From Burkholderiales bacterium (GTDB lineage Bacteria > Pseudomonadota > Gammaproteobacteria > Burkholderiales > Casimicrobiaceae): a DNA stretch of 64,000 nucleotides. Positions 27,330-36,899 of this stretch are shown here, piece by piece. Positions within the stretch are counted from its first letter, which is position 1; each line of letters begins with the position of its first letter. Location: positions 21,401 through 85,400 of the forward strand of contig JAYSRA010000039.1 in NCBI GenBank assembly GCA_043721275.1, given 5' to 3'. Below the pieces are notes generated by a model. That model was not told where the DNA came from. It saw nothing but the letters and a program-made list of their open reading frames with translations, and made no database searches. A program made the position numbers and the translations under genes.

Positions 27330-27814
27330 GTGATGCGAGTCCGTTGATCGGGCTTGCCATAGTGGATGGTCTTGGGTGGTTGCCGCAGTTGTTCGGCGAA
27401 GTGTGGACGCCGCCATCTGTGCAACGCGAGGTCTTGCCCAGTGTCGGCGCTCGCGGCGAGGTCGAGATTGCCGCTGCGATCAAACGTAAATCAATCCGTG
27501 TTTGGAAAAAAGTCATTCGGCCGCCTATTATGCTGTTGCCCGATCTTGATGAAGGCGAAACAGACTGCATTCACATCGCACTATCGCTTGGCGATGGCGA
27601 TGCGTTGATATTAATGGATGAACGTGCGGGACGTGCGGTTGCTGCTGATCGCAGCATTCGTGTTGCGGGCACTGCGGCGGTGATTGGTCTCGCAAAAAAG
27701 CGCGGACTTATTGACTCCGCGAAGAGCAGTTTTGAGCGGTTGCACGCGACCGACTTTCGAATCAGCGCTGCGGTCATTCAGGCGGTGCTGCGAGATGTCG
27801 GCGAATTGAAATAA
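27311..27814 (+). CDS. DUF3368 (PIN-like) putative toxin
   Basis: VISDASPLIGLAIVDGLGWLPQLFGEVWTPPSVQREV...EGETDCIHIAL...LMDERAGR. It overlaps the antitoxin gene by 19 nt. Confidence 0.65.
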   Translation: MARCVISDASPLIGLAIVDGLGWLPQLFGEVWTPPSVQREVLPSVGARGEVEIAAAIKRKSIRVWKKVIRPPIMLLPDLDEGETDCIHIALSLGDGDALILMDERAGRAVAADRSIRVAGTAAVIGLAKKRGLIDSAKSSFERLHATDFRISAAVIQAVLRDVGELK

Positions 27815-27906
27815 TGGGACGGCGGTGTTGAGGCCCAGCGCTCCGGTTTGACAGAACCTTGCTGGGTTTTCAACCCCGCCTGCGTAATCGTTTTGCCGAG
27901 CCGCTC

Positions 27907-29256
27907 CTACAGTTTTGCTGCTTTCTTCGCTTCAAATTTTTCCGTCCCGGTCACCACGCGCGCGGTTCGGTTGAATGTCATGTATGACCAGGCCCAGTCC
28001 ATGAGCACGATGAAGCGGTTGCGAAAGCCGATCAGGAAATAGACGTGCACGAACAGCCAAAACAGCCAGGCGAAATAGCCGCTGAACCGAATGTGGCCTA
28101 AGATAGGTGCGGTCACGTCCACCACCGCTGATTTGCGGCCAATGGTGGCGAGCGCGCCGTAATCGTTGTAGCGGAACGCTTGCGTGGGCTTGCCCGCGAT
28201 TCGCGCGAGCACATTGCTGGCTGCGACGCGGCCCATTTGTTTGGCGCCAGGGCTCACGCCGGGCACGGGTTTGGTCTCGCCGTTTTTCTCATAGCTCTTG
28301 GCGAGCGCTAAATCACCGATCACTGAAATTTCGGGATGATTCGCTAGCGATAGATCGGGTTCGACGCGAATGCGTCCGGTGCGATCAATGTGATCATCGC
28401 TGAGCGCGCAGGTTTTCGCCAGCAGCTTGCCAAGTGGCGACGCCGATACGCCCGCGGCCCACACCACGGTCTTGCACACAACCGTTTGCTCGACGCCGTT
28501 GACCATCACGCCAACGCCGTTGGCGTCGATGCGTGTGACTTTGTGTGACGTCAGCACCTCAACCCCAAGCGTTCTCAGTTGTTCCTCCGCGCGCTTCGAG
28601 AGCGATGGCGGAAACGCGAGCAACACGCGCTCTGCGCCTTCAATCAACAGAATGCGCGCCTTGCGCGAATCGATGCGCCGAAACTCATCCGGCAACGTGT
28701 GCCGCGCGATTTCGGCCATGGTGCCGGCCATCTCCACACCGGTCGGCCCGGCGCCAATCACGGCGAAGGTGAGCCACGGTTCACGGGCGCTGGCATCGGT
28801 CTCACGCTCAGCATGTTCAAACGCGAGCAATACACGGCGGCGAATCTCGAACGCATCCTCGAGCGTCTTGAGCCCCGGCGCGAAGGGTGCCCAGTGATCG
28901 TTGCCAAAATAACTGTGCGTCGCGCCGCTGGCAACGATCAGATGGTCATACGCAATCGGTTCACCGTTTTCAAGCTTCACGACCTTCGCAGTGGCGTCAA
29001 TGTCCACCACCTCGCCCATCAGCACGGTCACATTGCGTTGTTTACGAAACAAAAACCGCGCGGGTGCGGCGATGGACGGTGCGGACAATCCCGCAGTCGC
29101 AACTTGATACAAGAGCGGTTGAAACAGATGGTGATTAGTGCGGTCAATCAGCGTGATGTCAACATCCGCTTTGCGCATGGAGCGTGCCGCTTCAAGGCCG
29201 CCGAAACCGCAGCCAATGATGGCGATATGGGCGCGCTTTGTTGAGGCAATTGTCAT
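27907..29256 (-). CDS. ndh: type II NADH dehydrogenase (NDH-2)
   Basis: HIAIIGCGFGGLEAA...HHLFQPLLYQVATAGL...VIGAGPTGVEMAG. Confidence 0.85.
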   Translation of the reverse strand: MTIASTKRAHIAIIGCGFGGLEAARSMRKADVDITLIDRTNHHLFQPLLYQVATAGLSAPSIAAPARFLFRKQRNVTVLMGEVVDIDATAKVVKLENGEPIAYDHLIVASGATHSYFGNDHWAPFAPGLKTLEDAFEIRRRVLLAFEHAERETDASAREPWLTFAVIGAGPTGVEMAGTMAEIARHTLPDEFRRIDSRKARILLIEGAERVLLAFPPSLSKRAEEQLRTLGVEVLTSHKVTRIDANGVGVMVNGVEQTVVCKTVVWAAGVSASPLGKLLAKTCALSDDHIDRTGRIRVEPDLSLANHPEISVIGDLALAKSYEKNGETKPVPGVSPGAKQMGRVAASNVLARIAGKPTQAFRYNDYGALATIGRKSAVVDVTAPILGHIRFSGYFAWLFWLFVHVYFLIGFRNRFIVLMDWAWSYMTFNRTARVVTGTEKFEAKKAAKL

Positions 29257-29349
29257 GGCGCAAGTCTATGCTGGCAGCGATCAGCACAAACTTCAGCATC
29301 GCCACGCCGGAACGCGATTAACACCGAAATTACGCGTTTAGCGAGTAAT

Positions 29350-29463
29350 AGCTTTTCACGCTAAGCGTTATTCAACAGGGCGATAGCCGCTATTATGATA
29401 TTTATCGACATAAGCTTAAAAAAGCCTTCAGCCCCAGTAAAAGAAGGCTTACAGCAAAAAGAT
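29350..29463 (-). repeat. 114-bp TIR element, copy C (reverse orientation)
   Basis: The reverse complement atctttttgctgtaagcc...atgtcgataaata...tatcgccctgttgaataacgcttagcgtgaaaagct aligns with copy A. It lies 20 nt beyond the LysR stop. Confidence 0.7.
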
Positions 29464-29483
29464 GTAACACAAAATCGAAGCGT

Positions 29484-30392
29484 TTATGCCCCGGCAACCG
29501 CTGCCACTTGTTCGCGCAACCAGCGTGCGGGAGCGGCGGTATGCGTGCGTTCATGCCACAGTTGATAAAAGCGCAGCGGCGGAAAAGCAAGCGGCGCGGG
29601 CATCACTTTGATGGGCAAAAACTTGGCGTAGTGTGCGGCGAATCTGCGGCCCGTGGTGAAGATTAAATCAGTGGTGGTGAGCACGTACGGCGCTACGTGA
29701 AAGTACGGTAGCGAGACGCGAATATCGCGCTTGATGCCGAGCTTGTGCAGGTGCTCATCAATCGCGCCGCGCACGCCGCCCGCGTAGCGCACCGGTGCCA
29801 AGTGGTGCGCCTTGACGTAATCGTCGGCGCTGAGTTCATGCTTTTTCGCTAGCGGATGACGGTCACCAAGCATGCACACCACTTCGTCTTCAAACAGCAT
29901 GGTGGTGCGCAGATAATCCGGCGGGTTGGGCCAGTTGCCAACCACCACATCAAGCTCGCCTTCTTCCAGCAAACGCTCGAAATCAATGTCGAGGGACAGC
30001 GAGCGAATGTTGAGCCGACCGTTCGGCACTTTGCTCCGAAAACGATCAATCAGATTCGAAAGAAAAAACGCGTCGAAATAATCTGGCGCGCCCACGCCAA
30101 ACACGCGCTTTGACGTTGCTGGATCGAACGGTTGAGCCATCACCAAAATGCTGTCAATCGCGTCTAGCGCGGCGCGTGTTGGCGCAATCAAGCTCTCGGC
30201 GCGTTCGGTCGCGGTCATGCCGCTACGGGTGCGCACTAAAAGCTCGTCGCCGGTGATTTCACGCAATCGTTTCAGCGCGCTGCTCACCGCGGGTTGCGTG
30301 ATGCCGAGCCGATCTGCCGCGCGCGAAACGCTGCGCTCTTGCAGCACCAAGTACAGCACGCGCAGTAAGTGGGTATCCAGCGCCTCAGCCAT
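29484..30392 (-). CDS. LysR family transcriptional regulator (divergent from xdhA)
   Basis: LLRVLYLVLQERSVSRAADRLGITQPAVSSALKRLRE. The start is set at MAEALDT so that the HTH is N-terminal. Confidence 0.8.
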   Translation of the reverse strand: MAEALDTHLLRVLYLVLQERSVSRAADRLGITQPAVSSALKRLREITGDELLVRTRSGMTATERAESLIAPTRAALDAIDSILVMAQPFDPATSKRVFGVGAPDYFDAFFLSNLIDRFRSKVPNGRLNIRSLSLDIDFERLLEEGELDVVVGNWPNPPDYLRTTMLFEDEVVCMLGDRHPLAKKHELSADDYVKAHHLAPVRYAGGVRGAIDEHLHKLGIKRDIRVSLPYFHVAPYVLTTTDLIFTTGRRFAAHYAKFLPIKVMPAPLAFPPLRFYQLWHERTHTAAPARWLREQVAAVAGA

Positions 30393-30423
30393 GGCTGTAC
30401 CGTCTTCAATGTTGGGAATAAAG

Positions 30424-30458
30424 ATAAGCTTATCAGCGCTGGCACAACGCTCGCTTAT
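30424..30458. promoter_or_regulatory. possible LysR-binding site in the lysR-xdhA divergent region
   Basis: ATAAGCTTAT (a perfect 10-bp palindrome) ... cagcgctg ... GCTTAT; the ATAAGC/GCTTAT dyad flanks about 20 bp. Confidence 0.25.
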
Positions 30459-30487
30459 AGTCGCCACTAGTTTTGTTTTATGGATAA

Positions 30488-32005
30488 GTGATGGTCATCA
30501 CGTTGCGATTTTTGCTGAACGGCAAACGGGTTGAGCTCACGGAAGTAGATCCGCATTTGAGTCTGCTTGATTTCGTGCGCCAACATCGCCAGCTCACCGG
30601 CACCAAAGAGGGCTGCGCGGAGGGCGATTGTGGTGCGTGTACCGTGGTGATCGGCGAGCTGACGCACGATGCTGCGGGCCGTGATCGCGTGGCGCTGTCA
30701 CCGATCAACGCTTGCATTCGTTTGCTGCCCACGCTTGACGGTAAAGCGGTGTTTACAGTCGAGTCACTCAAGGCCGCGAGCGGTGCGCTGCATCCCACGC
30801 AGCAAGCGATGGTCGATTGTCACGGCTCGCAGTGCGGGTTTTGCACGCCGGGATTTGTGATGTCGCTGTTCGCGTTGTTCAAGCATGAGCGCGCGCCGAA
30901 TCGTGCGCAAACCTGCGATGCGATTGCCGGTAATTTGTGTCGCTGCACGGGCTATCGGCCAATCCTAGACGCGGCGCAACTGATGTATGAAGCTGCACCA
31001 CAAGCTAAGTTGTCAGGCTTAGAGCAATGGATGTTCCTGCCCGCGACAACGGACGCCGCACCGATGCCAGGCGAAGTGGAACTGGCGGCAACATTACGCG
31101 AGTTGATGCATGAGGATGCGTTGCAAATCACGTCAAAACACGGCACGTTTATCGCGCCAAAGACGGTGCACGATTTTTCAGCGGCAGTGCTCGCCCATCC
31201 CGACGCATGGATTCTCGGCGGTGGCACCGATATCGGCCTGTGGGTGAACAAGGCGTTGCAAACCAACGCAACGATTATTTACAACGGTGAAGTGGCAGCG
31301 TTGAAACGCGTCACCGAAACGGCGGACGGTTTGCACATAGGTGCCGCCGTTCCGCTTGAGCCCGCGTTTCGCGCCATGAACCGCTGCTATCCCGAGTTGG
31401 CACACGTGTGGACGCGTTTTGCGTCATGGTCAATCCGCGCAAGCGGCACGCTGGGCGGCAACGTGGCCAACGGCTCACCGATTGGCGATTCGATGCCTGC
31501 GCTGATCGCCATTGGCGCGCAGGTGGTGCTGCGACGCGGCGACGCACAACGCACGATTGCCCTGGAGGCGCTGTATCTCGATTACAAAAAACAATCGCGC
31601 GCAGCGGGCGAATGGATTGAGGCGATTGTCGTGCCGCATCGAAGCCGTCTAGGCGCATTGCAGATCGCAAGCTACAAAAATTCAAAGCGAAACGAGCAAG
31701 ATATTTCGGCTGTGTGCGCGGCGTTTGCGCTGGGGCTTGATCGCGGCGTGGTGACGCATTGTCGCATCGCGTATGGCGGCATGGCGGGCACACCGAAGCG
31801 TGCGTTGATCGCTGAGCGAGCGCTGCTCGGCAACGCGTGGAGCGAAGCCAACGTGCACGCCGCAATGGCAGCACTGAGCGGCGATTTTGCGCCGCTGAGC
31901 GACATGCGCGCGAGTGCCGAATATCGCATGCAAGTTGCACAAAATTTACTGCTGCGCTTCCGGCTTGAGTCGTCGGGTAGCGAAGCTGCGGTGAAGGTGT
32001 TTTGA
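30488..32005 (+). CDS. xdhA: xanthine dehydrogenase small subunit (2Fe-2S + FAD)
   Basis: LRFLLNGKRVEL...GTKEGCAEGDCGACTV...CHGSQCGFCTPGFVMS...GNLCRCTGYRPI, followed by an FAD-binding domain. Confidence 0.9.
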   Translation: MMVITLRFLLNGKRVELTEVDPHLSLLDFVRQHRQLTGTKEGCAEGDCGACTVVIGELTHDAAGRDRVALSPINACIRLLPTLDGKAVFTVESLKAASGALHPTQQAMVDCHGSQCGFCTPGFVMSLFALFKHERAPNRAQTCDAIAGNLCRCTGYRPILDAAQLMYEAAPQAKLSGLEQWMFLPATTDAAPMPGEVELAATLRELMHEDALQITSKHGTFIAPKTVHDFSAAVLAHPDAWILGGGTDIGLWVNKALQTNATIIYNGEVAALKRVTETADGLHIGAAVPLEPAFRAMNRCYPELAHVWTRFASWSIRASGTLGGNVANGSPIGDSMPALIAIGAQVVLRRGDAQRTIALEALYLDYKKQSRAAGEWIEAIVVPHRSRLGALQIASYKNSKRNEQDISAVCAAFALGLDRGVVTHCRIAYGGMAGTPKRALIAERALLGNAWSEANVHAAMAALSGDFAPLSDMRASAEYRMQVAQNLLLRFRLESSGSEAAVKVF

Positions 32006-34344
32006 TGAACGCACGACTGCCCGTTACCGCTGCGTCGGCTGCGCTCGTGATCGGTGCCGAGGTCGCACACGATAGCGCGCACTTGCACGTCACCGGCAGC
32101 GCCACCTACACCGATGACATTCCCGAACCGCGCGGCACGTTGTACGCAGCACTTGCCGTGAGCCCGGTGGCACATGGCACGCTCAACGGCATTGACCGAT
32201 CTGCTGCATTGGCCAGCGCGGACGTGGTGGCCGTCTATACCGCAGCAGACATCGTAGGAAAAAACAGCTACGGCGCCATCGTGCATGACGAGCCATTTTT
32301 GGCCGAAGGCACCGTGCAGTTTGTGGGCCAAGCGGTGGCGGTGGTGCTGGCAACCTCAGTGCGCGCCGCGCGCGTCGCCGCGCGAAAGATAAAGTGCAAC
32401 ATTTCGGCGCTGCCGCCCATTCTCACCATTGAGGAGGCCATCGCGGCCGAGTCTTTATTCGGCAGCGTCATCGACATCACGCGCGGCCAACCTGACGCCG
32501 CGATGCATGCGGCCACGCATCGTGCGCGCGGCCACGGGCGTATCGGCGCGCAAGAGCACTTTTATCTTGAAGGTCAGGTGGCACTCGCCACACCGCTTGA
32601 AGACGGGCAAATGCATGTCAGCGTATCGACGCAACACCCAACCGAAATGCAGCAATCGGTGGCCACCATTCTCGGCACTGATTGGGCCGATGTGGTCAGC
32701 GAATGTCGGCGGTTGGGCGGCGGGTTTGGCGGCAAAGAAGTGCAGCCCGCGCAGTACGTCGGCATTGCCGCAATGGCCGCGCGGTTGAGCGGCAGGCCGG
32801 TGAAATTGCGGCTGGATCGCGATGATGATTTCATCATGACCGGCAAGCGTCATGACTTCGCGTTTGACTACGACGTGGCCTTTGACGACGACGGTCGCTT
32901 GCAGGCGTATGACCTCACGCTGTCATCACGCTGCGGTTTTTCGACGGACTATTCGCATCAGGTGAATGATCGCGCGCTCTGCCATATCGATAACGGCTAT
33001 TTGCACACGCACCTGCATCTGCGCAACTATCGCTGCCGCACAAATACGCAATCAGCCACTGCGTTTCGTGGCTTCGGCGCGCCGCAAGGCATGTTCGCCA
33101 CCGAGCACGCTATTGAGAGCATCGCGCGCGCGCTCGGTAGAGATCCGCTCGACGTGCGCAAGGCCAACTTTTATTCGCCGACGCGCGGCATGACCACGCC
33201 GTATGGCCAAAAGATTGAAGGCTTCTGGTTGCCCGACATCGTTGAACGTTTGGAAGCGCAAAGCGATTACCGCGCACGGCGCGCAGACATCGTTGCGCAT
33301 AACGCGAAAAGTCGCGTGCTAAAGCGCGGTCTCGCGCTCACGCCAGTGATGTTTGGCATTTCATTCAACGCATCGTTTTTAAATCGCGGCAGCGCAACGG
33401 TGTCGCTGTATCTTGACGGCAGCTTGATGGTCAACCACGCCGGAACCGAGATGGGGCAGGGGCTTTTCATCAAGGTGCAGCAGGTGGTGGCGCATGAGTT
33501 TGGCGTGGCGGCAAACGCGGTACGTTCCACGGCGACCAACACGTCGAAGTTGCCCAACACTTCGCCCACGGCTGCGTCATCAGGCACCGATCTCAACGCG
33601 ATGGCCGCGCTCGATGCGTGCAACACGCTTAAAGCACGACTCATTCCGTTGGCCGCAAAGGCGCTCGGCTGCGCGGACGTGGCGGTTATTTTTCGTAACG
33701 GCGGCGCAACCACTGCACGCGGGCCAACCGTTATCGATTTGAAAACGCTGGCCAACACGGCAACTTTTGCCAAGCTGCCGCTGACGGCGCAAGGCTTTTA
33801 TTACACGCCGAATATCGAGTGGGACAGCGCGGCGTTTCACGGCACACCGGCCTACTATTTTGCGTACGGTGCGGCGGTGTCAGAGGTTGTGGTTGACACG
33901 CTCACCGGTGAGCATAAAACCACGCGGGTTGACATCTTGCATGATGTCGGTCAGTCGTTGAATCCGGCCATTGATCGCGGGCAAATCGAGGGCGGTTTTG
34001 TGCAAGGAATGGGTTATCTGACCAGCGAAGAATTAGTGTGGGACGAGCTCGGTCGGCTGCGCACGCACGCGCCGTCGACCTACAAAATTCCAACCGCTGC
34101 CGACATCCCTGAAATATTTAACGTCACGCTGTACGGTCAACCTAATCATGTGCCCACCATTCATCGCAGCAAAGCGGTGGGCGAACCGCCGCTGATGCTC
34201 GCGCTGTCGGTGTGGTTTGCTATTGCTGATGCGGTGTCGAGCTTGAGCGGCTACACGCAGATGCCGCAGCTCAATGCTCCAGCCACGCCTGAGGCGGTGC
34301 TGCGGGCGATCAATGCGTTGACTTCAAACGCCGCGCCACGATGA
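32002..34344 (+). CDS. xdhB: xanthine dehydrogenase molybdopterin-binding subunit
   Basis: GGGFGGKE, FRGFGAPQGMFATEHAIE, VGEPPLMLALSV. The start overlaps the xdhA stop by 4 nt. Confidence 0.9.
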   Translation: MMNARLPVTAASAALVIGAEVAHDSAHLHVTGSATYTDDIPEPRGTLYAALAVSPVAHGTLNGIDRSAALASADVVAVYTAADIVGKNSYGAIVHDEPFLAEGTVQFVGQAVAVVLATSVRAARVAARKIKCNISALPPILTIEEAIAAESLFGSVIDITRGQPDAAMHAATHRARGHGRIGAQEHFYLEGQVALATPLEDGQMHVSVSTQHPTEMQQSVATILGTDWADVVSECRRLGGGFGGKEVQPAQYVGIAAMAARLSGRPVKLRLDRDDDFIMTGKRHDFAFDYDVAFDDDGRLQAYDLTLSSRCGFSTDYSHQVNDRALCHIDNGYLHTHLHLRNYRCRTNTQSATAFRGFGAPQGMFATEHAIESIARALGRDPLDVRKANFYSPTRGMTTPYGQKIEGFWLPDIVERLEAQSDYRARRADIVAHNAKSRVLKRGLALTPVMFGISFNASFLNRGSATVSLYLDGSLMVNHAGTEMGQGLFIKVQQVVAHEFGVAANAVRSTATNTSKLPNTSPTAASSGTDLNAMAALDACNTLKARLIPLAAKALGCADVAVIFRNGGATTARGPTVIDLKTLANTATFAKLPLTAQGFYYTPNIEWDSAAFHGTPAYYFAYGAAVSEVVVDTLTGEHKTTRVDILHDVGQSLNPAIDRGQIEGGFVQGMGYLTSEELVWDELGRLRTHAPSTYKIPTAADIPEIFNVTLYGQPNHVPTIHRSKAVGEPPLMLALSVWFAIADAVSSLSGYTQMPQLNAPATPEAVLRAINALTSNAAPR

Positions 34345-35267
34345 ACGGTGTGCATTCAGTAGCCACAAAATTACTCGCACTGATCGAGTCCGGCACGCCC
34401 TGCATCTGGCTCGTGGTGGCCGCTGCGCAAGGCTCCACGCCGCGCGAAACCGGCGCGTCAATGTTGGTGACCGCAGGCGACGCGTTCGGCACCATTGGCG
34501 GCGGTCATCTTGAGCTCAAAGCCATCGAGCATGCGCGCGCGATGTTGAACTCAGGCACGACTGCGGCCACGCAGCGTCACTATCCGCTTGGGCCTGCGCT
34601 CGGCCAGTGCTGTGGCGGCGCGGTCAGCGTGTTGTTTGCGCCGACAGGTCTGGCCGACTGCGATGAACTGCGCCGTCTTTCGCGCGTTGAGCGTGACGGC
34701 GGCTGCTACGTGCTGACACGCGTGCTCGACACCGGTGACACGCTCACGGTGCCGCTGCAATTTGACGCGTGGACGGTGTGGATTTTTGGCGCGGGCCATG
34801 TCGGTCAAGCAATCGTTAGCGTGCTGGCGGGTCTGCCGTGTCAGGTGAAATGGGTGGATCAGCGCGACGCGCAGTTTCCGTCGACAGTAGCGGACAACGT
34901 TGAAGTAATTCAATCGACCTCTCCCGCTGATGAGGTGCGGCACATTGCGCCGGGAGCGCAGGTTTTGGTGTTGACGCACTCGCACGCGCTGGATCTGGAC
35001 ATTTGTTTGGCGCTCGTCAAGCGTGATGATCTCGCTTATTGCGGGCTGATCGGGTCAGCCACCAAGGCCGCCGTGTTTCGGCAAAGATTTGCGCAGCGCG
35101 GCGCGTCAGCCGATGCGATTGCCCGTATTATTTGCCCCATCGGCGCGCCGCATTTGCGCAGCAAACACCCCGGTGTGATCGCGGTGAGTGTGGCCATGGA
35201 TTTAATCGAAAGACAGCAACAGCTTTTGGTTAGAAGCGCGGTTGAATTGGGGCTAAATGCGATTTAA
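34341..35267 (+). CDS. xdhC: xanthine dehydrogenase accessory factor XdhC
   Basis: GSTPRETGASMLV...GTIGGGHLE...IFGAGHVGQAIV...GLIGSATKAAVF. The last 15 codons lie inside repeat copy G. Confidence 0.85.
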   Translation: MNGVHSVATKLLALIESGTPCIWLVVAAAQGSTPRETGASMLVTAGDAFGTIGGGHLELKAIEHARAMLNSGTTAATQRHYPLGPALGQCCGGAVSVLFAPTGLADCDELRRLSRVERDGGCYVLTRVLDTGDTLTVPLQFDAWTVWIFGAGHVGQAIVSVLAGLPCQVKWVDQRDAQFPSTVADNVEVIQSTSPADEVRHIAPGAQVLVLTHSHALDLDICLALVKRDDLAYCGLIGSATKAAVFRQRFAQRGASADAIARIICPIGAPHLRSKHPGVIAVSVAMDLIERQQQLLVRSAVELGLNAI

Positions 35268-35334
35268 TGCATAAGTCGACATATGCGTGAAAACTCGCTC
35301 AGCCCAGGTGTATTGGCGGTTACAGATAAAAGTT
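35221..35334 (+). repeat. 114-bp TIR element, copy G (left arm forms the 3' end of xdhC)
   Basis: agcttttggttagaagcgcggttgaattggggctaaatgcg...ataagtcgacatatg...cagcccaggtgtattggcggttacagataaaagtt. Confidence 0.7.
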
Positions 35335-35369
35335 GTTGACTTAAAAATTGGGGATATGACAAGCAATTC

Positions 35370-36899
35370 ATGAGCGCGCGCCTGGAGATCAAACACATCA
35401 CCAAACGTTATCCGACGGTGGTCGCCAACGACGACGTAAGCCTCGTCGTTGCGCCCGGTGAAATTCACGCGGTGCTCGGCGAAAACGGCGCGGGCAAATC
35501 GACGTTAATGAAAGTGATTTACGGAGCCACGCAGCCCGACGCAGGCGAAGTGTTTTTTGATGGCCAACGCTGCCATATCAAGAGCCCACAAGAGGCGCGT
35601 CGGCTCGGCATCAGCATGGTGTTTCAGCATTTCTCGCTGTTCGAAACGGTGACCGTCGCTGAGAACATCTGGCTCGGGCTCGACCGGTCGCTCACGCTCA
35701 ATCAGGTGCGCGAACAAACCGTGCGCAAAGCAAAAATCTACGGTCTGGATGTTGAGCCGGATCGGCCCGTGCATTCGTTGTCGGTGGGTGAGCGGCAACG
35801 CGTGGAGATTGTGCGTGCGCTGCTCACCGATCCCAAAGTGTTGATTCTCGACGAGCCCACGTCGGTGCTCACCCCACAGGCAGTGCTTAAACTTTTCATC
35901 ACGTTACGCCAACTCGCCGCCGACGGTTGCAGCGTGCTCTACATCAGCCATAAGCTCGACGAAATTCGCGAGCTGTGCAGCAACTGCACCGTGCTGCGCG
36001 GCGGCAAAGTGACCGGCCACGTTGATCCTAGAAACGAGAGCAACGCATCACTGTCGCGTTTGATGATTGGTGCCGAGCCGCCTAAATTGCAGCATCGCGA
36101 AGTAAAAACAGGCGCGGTGGCTTTGCAAACCAACGGCTTATCGATCACCACGTTGAACCCGTTCGGCGTGACGCTCGACGACATTAACTTTGAGGTCCGC
36201 GCGGGCGAAATTGTGGGCATTGCGGGCGTGTCCGGCAATGGCCAACAAGAGTTACTCGCCGCATTGTCAGGGGAGAGCACGCGCGCGCCGCTTGGCAGCA
36301 TCAGCCTGTTTGGCAACGATATTGCAAAACGAAATCCACGCGTTCGTCGCGCGGGCGGACTACATTTTGTTCCCGAAGAACGCTTGGGGCGCGGTGCCGT
36401 GCCGACGCTGTCGCTCGCTGCAAATGCGCTGCTCACGCGGGCCTCAGACGTGGTCGGCAAACCGCCGTTGTCGTGGGTATCGCCGAAGGCAACGGCCGCG
36501 CTGGCCGCCACCATAATCGCGCGCTTTCACGTGAAGGCGGGCGGGCCGTTGGCCGAGGCCAAAAGTCTGTCCGGCGGCAACCTGCAAAAGTACATTGTCG
36601 GTCGCGAAATCAGCGCCAACCCGAAGGTGCTGATCGTGTCGCAACCGACGTGGGGCGTGGATGTGGGCGCGGCGGCGCAGATTCGCAGCGAGCTGCTCAC
36701 GCTGCGCGATGAAGGATGCGCGTTGCTCATCGTGAGCGAAGAGCTTGATGAATTATTTGAGTTGTGTGATCGCATGCATGTGATGGCCAAGGGGCGGCTT
36801 TCACCGTCGATCAAAACCTCCGATGCGACGGTGGAAAAAATTGGCGAATGGATGAGTGGGTTGTGGGATGCCGCACCCGCTGGAGCAGCGCTTGTTTAA
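35370..36899 (+). CDS. ABC transporter ATP-binding protein (duplicated ATPase, BMP/nucleoside-type importer)
   Basis: Two NBDs are present: GENGAGKST ... LSVGERQRVEI ... ILDEPT, and GVSGNGQQEL ... LSGGNLQK. Confidence 0.85.
   Translation: MSARLEIKHITKRYPTVVANDDVSLVVAPGEIHAVLGENGAGKSTLMKVIYGATQPDAGEVFFDGQRCHIKSPQEARRLGISMVFQHFSLFETVTVAENIWLGLDRSLTLNQVREQTVRKAKIYGLDVEPDRPVHSLSVGERQRVEIVRALLTDPKVLILDEPTSVLTPQAVLKLFITLRQLAADGCSVLYISHKLDEIRELCSNCTVLRGGKVTGHVDPRNESNASLSRLMIGAEPPKLQHREVKTGAVALQTNGLSITTLNPFGVTLDDINFEVRAGEIVGIAGVSGNGQQELLAALSGESTRAPLGSISLFGNDIAKRNPRVRRAGGLHFVPEERLGRGAVPTLSLAANALLTRASDVVGKPPLSWVSPKATAALAATIIARFHVKAGGPLAEAKSLSGGNLQKYIVGREISANPKVLIVSQPTWGVDVGAAAQIRSELLTLRDEGCALLIVSEELDELFELCDRMHVMAKGRLSPSIKTSDATVEKIGEWMSGLWDAAPAGAALV

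Noticed and set aside
31311-32331. 264-aa and 219-aa minus-strand ORFs over the xdhA/xdhB junction
   Set aside because: The plus-strand frames carry unambiguous XdhA/XdhB motifs; the antisense ORFs are compositional artefacts.
36856-36899. 44-nt overlap between the ABC ATPase and the first permease gene as a possible programmed frameshift
   Set aside because: Both ORFs are complete with their own starts and stops. The overlap is explained by an uncertain permease start (alternative Met at 36868) and ordinary translational coupling.
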